64,000 nt of DNA from the NCBI GenBank assembly GCA_044225365.1, contig JBGAIQ010000017.1:1-64000 (forward strand), in the 5' to 3' direction. Positions 39,672 to 48,409 of the stretch are shown piece after piece (position 1 is the first letter of the stretch; every line of letters starts with the position of its first letter). This stretch comes from Planctomycetota bacterium. Its GTDB lineage: Bacteria > Planctomycetota > B15-G4 > JADJEK01. The notes beneath the pieces were generated by a model. That model saw only the letters and a list, made by a program, of their open reading frames with translations. It did not search any database and had not been told where the DNA came from. The translations under genes and the position numbers were made by a program.

Positions 39672-39730
39672 ATGCCGGGCAGAGCCCGGCGGTCCAGGAG
39701 AGCCGGATGCCGGGCAGAGCCCGGCGGTCC
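39672..39730 (-). repeat. Tandem pair of the same 24-nt REP-like unit
   Basis: ATGCCGGGCAGAGCCCGGCGGTCC at 39672-39695 and 39707-39730, identical to the units at 1833-2912. Confidence 0.92.
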
Positions 39731-39740
39731 CGGAGCCTTC

Positions 39741-40205
39741 CTAGTCGACGCGCCGGTACGAGCCCTCGAGCACGGTCATCCACTTCGCGCCGTCCTGCGA
39801 CATCTCCATCTTGAACGTGCTCTTCCCCGGGACGCTGTGGTCGCTGACGCAGCGGCAATGCCCCTCCGGGCCCTTGTTCGTGAGATCGAAGACGCCGTTC
39901 TCGAACGTGCCGCGGAACAGCGAGCCCTGCCCGCCCGCGGAGTCGACCCAGAACATGGTGTACTCGTTCGCCTTGGGATCGAAGCCGTAGACGCCATGGC
40001 CGGTGAACGTCACCTTGCCGTCGCGCTTCTGCTCGTACTCGTGAAAGACGCAGAAGCCGTCGAGCACGATCCTGTTCTCGAAACTCCCCTCCGTTCGCGC
40101 TCCCTTCGCATCCCAGGGCCCGGGGGGCATGGTCTCGCTCCCCGCGAAGCGACCGGCGAGTGCGTGCAGTTTCAGATGTCCTGGCGTGGGCTTGGGCATT
40201 TCCAT
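39741..40205 (-). CDS. DUF1579 family protein
   Basis: PKPTPGHLKLHALAGRF, GVYGFDP, YTMFWVDSAG; ends EGSYRR. Confidence 0.78.
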   Translation of the reverse strand: MEMPKPTPGHLKLHALAGRFAGSETMPPGPWDAKGARTEGSFENRIVLDGFCVFHEYEQKRDGKVTFTGHGVYGFDPKANEYTMFWVDSAGGQGSLFRGTFENGVFDLTNKGPEGHCRCVSDHSVPGKSTFKMEMSQDGAKWMTVLEGSYRRVD

Positions 40206-40288
40206 GGGTTTCGCGTTCCTTGCGACTTGGAGGTTGCGGCAGACGGTTTCGTCCGCCGAGCACTTCGGGTGCGATGGTACGAAGGCGC

Positions 40289-40310
40289 TGCTGACACCGT
40301 CGTGGCAGCA
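40289..40310. promoter_or_regulatory. Candidate WYL-regulator operator (imperfect palindrome)
   Basis: TGCTGACAC-CGTC-GTGGCAGCA (8/9 inverted match) in the divergent DUF1579/addB intergenic region. Confidence 0.45.
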
Positions 40311-40371
40311 TGCTGGCAGGAGCCGCAGATCGCGGTAAGGTGATCGACGACGAACGGCGAGAAGGAGTTCC

Positions 40372-43300
40372 GTGGAGCGGATCCTCATCCAAGGCGATTT
40401 CCAGCCGACGCTCGAAGCGGCGTTGATCGAGCGCGTGCGTCTCGCGCGAGGCTCCGATCCCCTCGCGCCGATTCGAATCGTCGTTCCGTCGAACCTCCTG
40501 CGTGTTCATCTGCGGCGGCTGCTTGGCGGCGCGTTTCCGCACTTGAACGTTCGAGTCGAGACTCTCACGAGTCTCGCGTCCGACCTGTCGTTCGCCGGTC
40601 GCGCGGAGCGCGGCTGCGTTCCGCTACCGCCTCTCGCCGCCCAGTTGCTGGCCGAGAGCGTCGTGCGAGCTGCTGCGAAGGACTCCACCTTTGCGCCGCT
40701 GCGCACGATGCCCGGTTTCGCAACGCGCCTGCTCGCCACGATCCGCGATCTGCGCGACGCGGGGATCGCGCCGTCGTCGCTCGTCGCGGCGATCGACTCT
40801 CCCAAAGTTCGCGATTTCGCGGCGTTGTACTCGGAATTCGAACGGCGGCGCAGCGCGGCGAATTTCTGCGACGACGCGGAGATGTTCACCCTCGCGATCG
40901 AGGAGATTCGAAACGACTCGCGACAGCGCGAGGGCGCCGCACTCTTCGTCTACGGCTTCTACGACTTCGTCGTCGTCCAACGCCGCCTCGTCGAAGCGCT
41001 CCTCGAAGGGAGCGGCGGCGTCGTCCTCACACCGATCTCGGATTCGAGGAATGACCGTTTCGAGTACGGGAGACCCTTCCTCGAGCGATTCGCGCAGTTG
41101 GGCTTCGAGAACGAGTCGCCTCCCGGCGAGACGGCGAGTCTCACGCGAAGGCGCGTTCGAATCCTCGCGCCGCGATTCTCCGGCTCAGAGCCGCGAGAGG
41201 TGATGCGTGAAGTGCTCGCGCTGGTCGACGAAAAGCTCGCACCGCACGAGATCGGCATCCTCTTTCGGCAGCGCGCGGGAACGGAAGGGATCGCGGCCGA
41301 AGCACGACGTCTCGAGCGCACTTGCCCCGGATCGACGCTCGCGTTCTTCCAGCAGGGCGGCAGTCGCATCGCGCTCCGCGCCGACGCTCGAGCTCTTCTG
41401 CTGTTCGTCGATGTCCTCGTGTCGCGAATCGCGCGCAGAGAGACGATGGCGTATCTCGATGCGGTCGACGATTCGTCGCGCGCCAGCGCCTACGCGCGCC
41501 TGGCTCGCAAGGCGAACATTCGCGGCGGCATGGACGTGGAGGAATGGCGCATCGCGTTGTCGCATTTCGAAGCGCGTGCACGGCGGAACGATCTCGATCG
41601 TGAATTCGACGTGGACGAGGACGATGGCGACGTCCGGCGCGCCGTCGTCGAGCGCGAAGCGCGCGATGCGACGAAGCTGCGGGTGATCATCGACGACCTG
41701 GCGAAGGATGCCGACCGTCTGCACGCGGCGAAGGACTTCGCGGCCGCCACGGCTGTCGTGCGCGATGCGTTCCGCGCCAGGATGGCGGGCGCGGGATCCC
41801 ATCGCAAGGAGAGCCGCGAGTCGCTCGGCGCGCTCGACGCGATCTTCTCGCAACTCGCCGTTCTCGACCTTCCCGGTGTCGCGTACGAGCTCGAGACGTT
41901 TCAACGACTCATGGCGAGCGCGGTCGAGGCCGCGACCGAGCGATGCGGCGCGTTCGAGAACGGACTGTTCGTCGGCGGCCTGCTCGGTTCGCGTGGCTTG
42001 CCGTTTCGCGCCGTGATCCTGCCGTCGCTCGAAGAAGGCGTGTTTCCGCGACGGGCCGCCCCCGATCCGATCCTCTCGGATTCCGAGCGTCGCGCGATCG
42101 CACGGAGTGCGGCGCTGCCCGATGTCCGCCTCCCGCTCGCCGAGACGGCGGCGTCCGAGGAGAAGCTCCTGTTCCACCTGGCGTGCGCCGCGAGCCAGGA
42201 GTGCCTCGTCCTTTCGTGTGCGCGGTTCGAGGACGCGAGCGACAAGCCGGTCGTGCCTTCCTCCGCGTGGCGCGGAGCCCTCGAGGAGATCCATGGCGGT
42301 CCCCTGCCCGAGGGTCCGCCGTGGCAGGTGCCCGATCTCGCTCCGCTCTTCCGAATCGGGTCCGCCCTGAGCGAGACGGGAGCGGCAGCGTCGAGCCTTC
42401 CGATCGATCTCGAGGAATGGGACCGAGTCACCGTTGCCCGCGCCGCGCGGACGAACGATGCGGAGCGCGCGCGCTTCATCGCCGAGGTGTCGCCCACGCT
42501 CGTCGATGCTCTAAGGGGCGAGACGGCTCGCAACGGCAAGACGTTCGGGGCGAACGACGGAATGCTGACGACGAAGCGCGCAAGGGAGCGAGCGTCCCTC
42601 GTGCTCGAATCCGCTGTGGCTCCGACCACGCTCGAGAACTACGCGAAGTGTCCGTTCACCGTCTTCGCTCGCCACGTCGTAGCGGTCGATCCTTCGGATC
42701 CGCGCGCTCGGGAGGAGATGGATTTCCGCCAGCGGGGGCGCGTGATCCACAAGGCCGCGCAGCTCTTCTTCACCGCGTTGCGCGATCGCAAGGAGCCGTG
42801 GCCACTCGCGAGATCTCGTCGCATGGAATTGCGTCGCGAACTCCTCGCCTTCCTGGATTCGGCCCTGAAGGACAGTCTCGCGGACTCTCCGGTCCCGGCG
42901 GTGATCGTCGAGGGCGAACGTCGTCGACTCGTCGACGACATGACGGCATTGCTCGACTACGAGATCGCCGCCGCGCGTCCCGCGAGGCCCGCCGCGTTCG
43001 AGGCCCGTTTCGGCGACGCGGGTCAACCCGAGTTCGTGCTCGACATCGAGGGTCGTCCGCTGCGCCTCCGCGGCTCGATCGATCGAATCGACTTCGACCC
43101 GAGTTCGGGGAAGGCGATCGTCGTGGACTACAAGACGGCGAAGAAGGCGCTCCGTGACGTCAGCTCGATCGATGGCGGTCGGAGAATGCAGCTCCCGATC
43201 TACGCGCTCGCCGTCATGGCGATGAAACCGAATCTCTTCGTCGAACGCGCGGAGTACTTCTTCTGCACGGAGGAAGCCGGAGGTCGTCGCGCCGCGATCG

Positions 43301-43605
43301 ATGCGCAAGGCTACACCGGAGCGGCTCGCGAGAAGCTCGACGCGACGCTCGCGGAATTGGCGCGGGGAATGCGCGACGGCGCTTTCTTCGCCGACCCTTC
43401 CGACGGGAACAACTGCAACCAATGCGACTACGACCTCGCGTGCGGGTTGTCCCCGATCCTCGAGGCGCGTTACGCGAAGAAGCAGGACGATGCGAGTGTC
43501 GCGGCTCTCCAGCGCCTCCGTCAGGATCGGCCGAAGACTGCCAAGAAGGGCAAGGGACGGGAGTCGAAGGACGAAACGGCAACGCCGACCGGAGGCGAGT
43601 CGTGA
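40372..43605 (+). CDS. addB: AddB-like PD-(D/E)XK nuclease subunit
   Basis: Degenerate helicase body; nuclease motifs LRGSIDRID, VVDYKT and QLPIYA; Fe-S staple cysteines YAKCPF and CNQCDYDLAC. Confidence 0.85.
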   Translation: MERILIQGDFQPTLEAALIERVRLARGSDPLAPIRIVVPSNLLRVHLRRLLGGAFPHLNVRVETLTSLASDLSFAGRAERGCVPLPPLAAQLLAESVVRAAAKDSTFAPLRTMPGFATRLLATIRDLRDAGIAPSSLVAAIDSPKVRDFAALYSEFERRRSAANFCDDAEMFTLAIEEIRNDSRQREGAALFVYGFYDFVVVQRRLVEALLEGSGGVVLTPISDSRNDRFEYGRPFLERFAQLGFENESPPGETASLTRRRVRILAPRFSGSEPREVMREVLALVDEKLAPHEIGILFRQRAGTEGIAAEARRLERTCPGSTLAFFQQGGSRIALRADARALLLFVDVLVSRIARRETMAYLDAVDDSSRASAYARLARKANIRGGMDVEEWRIALSHFEARARRNDLDREFDVDEDDGDVRRAVVEREARDATKLRVIIDDLAKDADRLHAAKDFAAATAVVRDAFRARMAGAGSHRKESRESLGALDAIFSQLAVLDLPGVAYELETFQRLMASAVEAATERCGAFENGLFVGGLLGSRGLPFRAVILPSLEEGVFPRRAAPDPILSDSERRAIARSAALPDVRLPLAETAASEEKLLFHLACAASQECLVLSCARFEDASDKPVVPSSAWRGALEEIHGGPLPEGPPWQVPDLAPLFRIGSALSETGAAASSLPIDLEEWDRVTVARAARTNDAERARFIAEVSPTLVDALRGETARNGKTFGANDGMLTTKRARERASLVLESAVAPTTLENYAKCPFTVFARHVVAVDPSDPRAREEMDFRQRGRVIHKAAQLFFTALRDRKEPWPLARSRRMELRRELLAFLDSALKDSLADSPVPAVIVEGERRRLVDDMTALLDYEIAAARPARPAAFEARFGDAGQPEFVLDIEGRPLRLRGSIDRIDFDPSSGKAIVVDYKTAKKALRDVSSIDGGRRMQLPIYALAVMAMKPNLFVERAEYFFCTEEAGGRRAAIDAQGYTGAAREKLDATLAELARGMRDGAFFADPSDGNNCNQCDYDLACGLSPILEARYAKKQDDASVAALQRLRQDRPKTAKKGKGRESKDETATPTGGES

Positions 43606-46600
43606 GCGTGGAGAAGCAACCGCTTCCGGACGCCGCAGTCCGCGCCGAGCTCGTGGAGCGACTCGACACGTCGTTCGCGGTCGAGGCCGGCGCGGGAACG
43701 GGCAAGACGACGTTGATCGTGCGGAGGATCGTTGCGCACGTCCTGCGGGGCGATCCCATCGATTCGATCGTCGCCATCACCTTCACGAAGAAGGCCGCCG
43801 CCGAACTGCGCGTTCGAGTGCGCAATGCGCTCGAGGAGATCGTCGCGGCGAACGAAGCGGTCGTGAAGGCGGCTGCTGCGGCTGCGCTGCGTCGGATCGA
43901 CTCGGCGCCGATCCAGACCTTTCACTCGTTCTGCGACTCGCTCTTGCGCGAACATCCCGTCGAGGCCGCGATCGATCCGCTCGCGAAGACGCTCGAGGAG
44001 GCGAAGAACGGTCCTCTCTTCGTCGAAGTGTTCGAAGACGCGATCGCCGCGTCGGAGAACGACGACGACCTCTCCGAGCTCTTCGCCGCGGGCATTCAGC
44101 GCGCGGATCTCGAGCGATTCGCTCACGCGCTGATCCGCGTCCGTGACCTCGAGATCGCGGAGCCGGAAGCGCCCGAATTGCCCTCGCTCCAGCGGTTCAT
44201 CGAAGCCGCACTCTCCAAAGCGGAGGCCGCCGCCTCGATCGCAAGGGTGAGCTGCAAGGATCCGATGGACAAGCTCGCGGAGGCCATCTCCGAGAGGGTC
44301 GACTTCTTCGAGTCCTTGCGCCAACTCGAGCCGAGCGCACAAGAGCGCGCTCTCTTCCGCGGCTGCGGAAGAGTACGGCGGACAAATCTCGGTACCGCGA
44401 AGAACTGGCGGAAGGAAGAGAAGGACGAAGCGCACGAGCGGATTCTCGCGATCGACGACGAACTCACGGTCTTGCAGATTGCGATCCGCAGGCGAAGGGC
44501 GCGCAGTGCGTTCCGTTTCGCGCGTCTCGCCGCGGAGATCTACGAGAAGAAGAAGACGCGCGACGGAGTTCTCGACTTCGAGGACCAGTTGCTCCGTGCT
44601 CGGAATCTCGTGCGCGATCACGTCGACGTGCGCTCGCGGATCGCCGCGCGCTACACGACGCTCATCGTCGACGAGTTCCAAGACACCGACCCCTTGCAGG
44701 CGGAGATCGCGTTCTTCCTGGCGGAGGATCCGGGCTCGAAGACCCGCGCGAAGCGCTGGGACGAGGTGAGGGTCGGAGCCGGTCGCCTCGTCGTCGTCGG
44801 AGATCCGAAGCAGTCGATCTACCGATTCCGTCGCGCCGACATCGAGATCTACGAGTTCGCGAAGCAACGAATCGTCGAGTCGGGAGGGGAGTTTCGCAAG
44901 ATCCAGGTGAACTTCCGATCGGAGGCCTCGATCCTCGCGTTCGTGAATGCGAGGTTCTCCGCGTTGATCGCGCCGCACTCAACCATCCCGCGGATCCAAC
45001 CCGAGTACGTCCCGCTCCTCGCTTCGCCGGAGAACGCCGCACGCGAAGAAGAGCACGGCGGCAGGCGCCGCGTCGTCGTTCTCGCCGACGAGGGCGAACT
45101 CGCGGCGGAGGGCGTCGGCGACATGCGCGAGCACGAGTTCAGCGCCATCGCGGCCTATCTCGGGTCGCTCCTGCGCGGTCCCAAGCCGTTCATGGTGCGA
45201 GACGCCAAGACGAAGCAAGATCGCGCGGCGAGACTCTCCGACGTCGCGATCCTGTTCCGCTCGTCGACGGACATCGAACTCCTCGAGGACGCGCTCAAGA
45301 ACGAATCGCTGCCGTATCGGTTGTACGGCGGCAAGCGCTTCTATCGCCGAGTCGAGGTGCGGACGGCGATCGCATTCTTCCGCGCGCTCGACGACGCCAC
45401 GGACGAAGTGGCTCTGCTCGCGACACTGCGCGGCGTGCTGTTCGCCATCCCGGACGACGAACTCGCGACCTTCGTCGCGACGGGGGGCTCGTTCGAGAAT
45501 CCCTTCACGACGGGGACGCCGTCGCCGCGGCTGCGCGCCGCGCTCGAGATCCTCGGAGCGCTGCGGAAGCGACGGCATGCGGGTTCGCTGCCGAGTTTCG
45601 TCGAGGAGGCGCTCGCCAGGACGAGGGCCTACGAGATCTTCCTTCTGTTCCGCGAGGGAACGCAACGCGCGGCGAATCTCGACAAGATCGTCGCGGTCGC
45701 GCGCGCGTTCGAGGGCGGCTCGGGGACCACCTTCCGGCAATTCGTCGCGGAGATCGACCGCATGGCGGCCTCCGCCGAGCGCGAACCCGAAGCCGAGTAT
45801 CAGGACGAGTCGGACGACACGATCGCGTTGCTCACGATGCACTCGTCCAAGGGTCTCGAATGGCCGATCGTGGTCCTCGCGAACCTCGCCGGCCAGCCGC
45901 CGACACGACCCGTTCCCATCGTCACTCGCGGCGCCGAGAATCGACTCGAGTTCGTGAAGGGGAGTGCCGGAGAGCGGGTGCTCGAAACGGCTCGCTACGA
46001 AGAAGCCGAGCTCGGAGAGATCGCTCGCGAGGAGTGCGAGCGACGGCGTCTCCTCTACGTCGCCACCACGCGCGCTCGGGACCTGCTCGTGCTTCCCCGT
46101 TATCTCCTCGGCAAGAAGACCAAGGAGAAGGAAGCGGACGTATCGGGCAAGGGCGACGGCAATGACGACGAGCGTTCCCACGGAACGAACAAGCGCGCGC
46201 CGCTCATCGCCGATCTGCTTCCGGATCCGCTCTACGCGAAGGACGGCGAGGGCGCGCCCTACGGCATTCGGATCGACGCGGGCGCACTGCCGCGAAGCGA
46301 GCCCAGCGAGAGTCCGTTCCGGTTGTCGCTCGATCTCGATGGGGCGCCGCCCGAGGCGGCGATGCGGGCGCTCGCCGATCGCGATTCGTTCGCTTCACAC
46401 GTGCGGGAGCGACTCGCCGCGACGCGAGTCGGAAGGCCGGTACGATCGGCCACGACGGAGAAGGCCGCGCGTGCTCGCGAGGAGGAGGGCGACGAGGGGG
46501 ACGGGGTTTCGGCTTCGAACCGCGGCGTTCACGTGCCCGGCGAACTGCGCGGCGCCGAATTCGGATCGTTCGTCCATCGCGTCTTCGAGCGACTCGATCT

Positions 46601-47024
46601 CCTCCGCGAGGGCGATCGCGCCCTCCCCTCGAAGGCGGCGCTGAGCGCGCTCGCCCTCGAGAGCGGGGTTGCTGTCACCGCCGTGCCGGAAGCCGAGCGC
46701 ATCGCGCGCGCGTTCCTCGCGTCGCCGCTCGCCGCGGAGCTGCGGCTCGCGAAACGGTTGCATCGCGAGGTGCCGTTCGCGTTCTCGAGCGGCGGCATTC
46801 TCTACGAAGGCGCGATCGATCTGCTCGTCGAGTTTGGCGACGGCCGTACGTGGATCGTCGACTGGAAGACCGATGACGTGACCGGCGCGGCGCTCGATGT
46901 CCGGCTCCAGGATTACGAACCGCAGGGCGAGCTCTATCGACGAGCGGTCGAAACCGTGTCGGGTCGGCCCGTGGAGCGCGTATGCTTCCACTTCCTTCGG
47001 AGCGGCACGAGCCGCGATCTGTGA
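43602..47024 (+). CDS. addA: AddA-like UvrD helicase-nuclease
   Basis: GTGA overlap with addB; AGAGTGKT, VDEFQDTD, VGDPKQSIYRFR, TMHSSKGLE, LLYVATTRAR; nuclease GAIDL..VDWKT. Confidence 0.9.
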   Translation: MSVEKQPLPDAAVRAELVERLDTSFAVEAGAGTGKTTLIVRRIVAHVLRGDPIDSIVAITFTKKAAAELRVRVRNALEEIVAANEAVVKAAAAAALRRIDSAPIQTFHSFCDSLLREHPVEAAIDPLAKTLEEAKNGPLFVEVFEDAIAASENDDDLSELFAAGIQRADLERFAHALIRVRDLEIAEPEAPELPSLQRFIEAALSKAEAAASIARVSCKDPMDKLAEAISERVDFFESLRQLEPSAQERALFRGCGRVRRTNLGTAKNWRKEEKDEAHERILAIDDELTVLQIAIRRRRARSAFRFARLAAEIYEKKKTRDGVLDFEDQLLRARNLVRDHVDVRSRIAARYTTLIVDEFQDTDPLQAEIAFFLAEDPGSKTRAKRWDEVRVGAGRLVVVGDPKQSIYRFRRADIEIYEFAKQRIVESGGEFRKIQVNFRSEASILAFVNARFSALIAPHSTIPRIQPEYVPLLASPENAAREEEHGGRRRVVVLADEGELAAEGVGDMREHEFSAIAAYLGSLLRGPKPFMVRDAKTKQDRAARLSDVAILFRSSTDIELLEDALKNESLPYRLYGGKRFYRRVEVRTAIAFFRALDDATDEVALLATLRGVLFAIPDDELATFVATGGSFENPFTTGTPSPRLRAALEILGALRKRRHAGSLPSFVEEALARTRAYEIFLLFREGTQRAANLDKIVAVARAFEGGSGTTFRQFVAEIDRMAASAEREPEAEYQDESDDTIALLTMHSSKGLEWPIVVLANLAGQPPTRPVPIVTRGAENRLEFVKGSAGERVLETARYEEAELGEIAREECERRRLLYVATTRARDLLVLPRYLLGKKTKEKEADVSGKGDGNDDERSHGTNKRAPLIADLLPDPLYAKDGEGAPYGIRIDAGALPRSEPSESPFRLSLDLDGAPPEAAMRALADRDSFASHVRERLAATRVGRPVRSATTEKAARAREEEGDEGDGVSASNRGVHVPGELRGAEFGSFVHRVFERLDLLREGDRALPSKAALSALALESGVAVTAVPEAERIARAFLASPLAAELRLAKRLHREVPFAFSSGGILYEGAIDLLVEFGDGRTWIVDWKTDDVTGAALDVRLQDYEPQGELYRRAVETVSGRPVERVCFHFLRSGTSRDL

Positions 47025-47032
47025 GCTCGACC

Positions 47033-48241
47033 ATGGCGGTACGTTCGACGGTGCGGCCTCGCCGCGATCTCCTCGGTTGCATTCTCCTTGCGACGATCGT
47101 CGCCTGCGGCACTCCCATCGATCCGCCGGTGCGAGATCGCGAGCGCTACGCGGAGATGCCGGACTTGCCGGCGCCCGGTTTCTGGCCGAATGCGGGAGAT
47201 TCCGCGACGGTCGATCGATTCGTCCAGCGGATCCGAACGACGCGCGAACCGTTCGCTCTCGGCGACATGCGATTCAAGGCAGTGGGGGCGGAGAAAGCGG
47301 GAGTCGGCGCGGTGATCGCGATTCGGCCCGTCGCGAAGGACGGCTCCCTCCTGGAGCCGAAGGAACCGCCGAAGGTCCGCTATGCCTCCGCTCCGACGAT
47401 CGCTGCGAACGCGATGGACAAGGACTGGCTCGCCGCGACGTTCGGAGGCAGCCGCGAGGTGGCGTGGACGGAACCGAACAAGCCCCTCGTCGGCGTCGTG
47501 ATCGCTCTTCACGGTGGGGATTCCGCAAGCGCCGATTGCTCGCAGGCCTTGATCGACGCGATGATGGACCGCGGCTTCGCCGTGTTGTCGACCACCGTCC
47601 CAACGATCCCGGATCACATCGAATTCGCCGCAACGACGATGGACGAAGTGACGAAGGGCGCCGAGCAGCTCGCGCGGGTCGTCACGCTCGCGATCGCGGA
47701 CCAGGTCTACGCCGTCGAAGGCATGCTCGAGTACCACTCGCGTCAGCATCCGGAATTGAAGGACGGATCGCTCGTTCTCATCGGAGTGACGGAGGGCGTC
47801 GCCATCGTGCCCGCACTCGCGCTGCGCCTGCATGGGCACGTGCGAGGGGCGCTGCTCGTCGGAGGCGGTGCGGACCTGTTCGCGCACGACCAGGATCGCG
47901 CCGAGGGCGGCGGAAACGTGAAAGTCTCGCTCGAGGGAGAGGCGAGCGCGAAGGACGGCATGCGATGGATGCATGACATCTACGCTCGGGACTCACGCCT
48001 CGATCCGTTTGCGATGGCGGTCTGGTTGCGAGCCACCCGTACGGCGATGGTCGACTTCGAGGGCAGCTCGACGGGCGACGTGCTGTTCCGCCGGCTCGAT
48101 CATCCCCTCCGTACGTTCCTCGGTGACGATCGCGGGGAACTGCTCTCGAAGGTGCGGAAGAACGCGCTCTCGGTGCTCGCGTTCTTGTGGGACGACGCTG
48201 CGTACTACACCCCGATGGCGAAGAAACCGACCGAGGACTGA
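47033..48241 (+). CDS. Hypothetical lipoprotein with an alpha/beta-hydrolase-like C-terminal half
   Basis: Lipobox IVAC; VIALHGG; elbow-like LIGVTEG. Confidence 0.6.
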   Translation: MAVRSTVRPRRDLLGCILLATIVACGTPIDPPVRDRERYAEMPDLPAPGFWPNAGDSATVDRFVQRIRTTREPFALGDMRFKAVGAEKAGVGAVIAIRPVAKDGSLLEPKEPPKVRYASAPTIAANAMDKDWLAATFGGSREVAWTEPNKPLVGVVIALHGGDSASADCSQALIDAMMDRGFAVLSTTVPTIPDHIEFAATTMDEVTKGAEQLARVVTLAIADQVYAVEGMLEYHSRQHPELKDGSLVLIGVTEGVAIVPALALRLHGHVRGALLVGGGADLFAHDQDRAEGGGNVKVSLEGEASAKDGMRWMHDIYARDSRLDPFAMAVWLRATRTAMVDFEGSSTGDVLFRRLDHPLRTFLGDDRGELLSKVRKNALSVLAFLWDDAAYYTPMAKKPTED

Positions 48242-48409
48242 GTCCGCGAGATCCCGCACGACGCGGCGCGCAGTGATTCGGCGTTCGGGTCAAAAGAGCG
48301 TTTCAGGATTGGGTAGCGGGGCTGCTATGCTCCGGACTACGTGGGTCGCGACGATTCATCGACGCGACCTCCTTGAAGTATCTTCGGCGGCTTCGATCGT
48401 CTGGATCGT

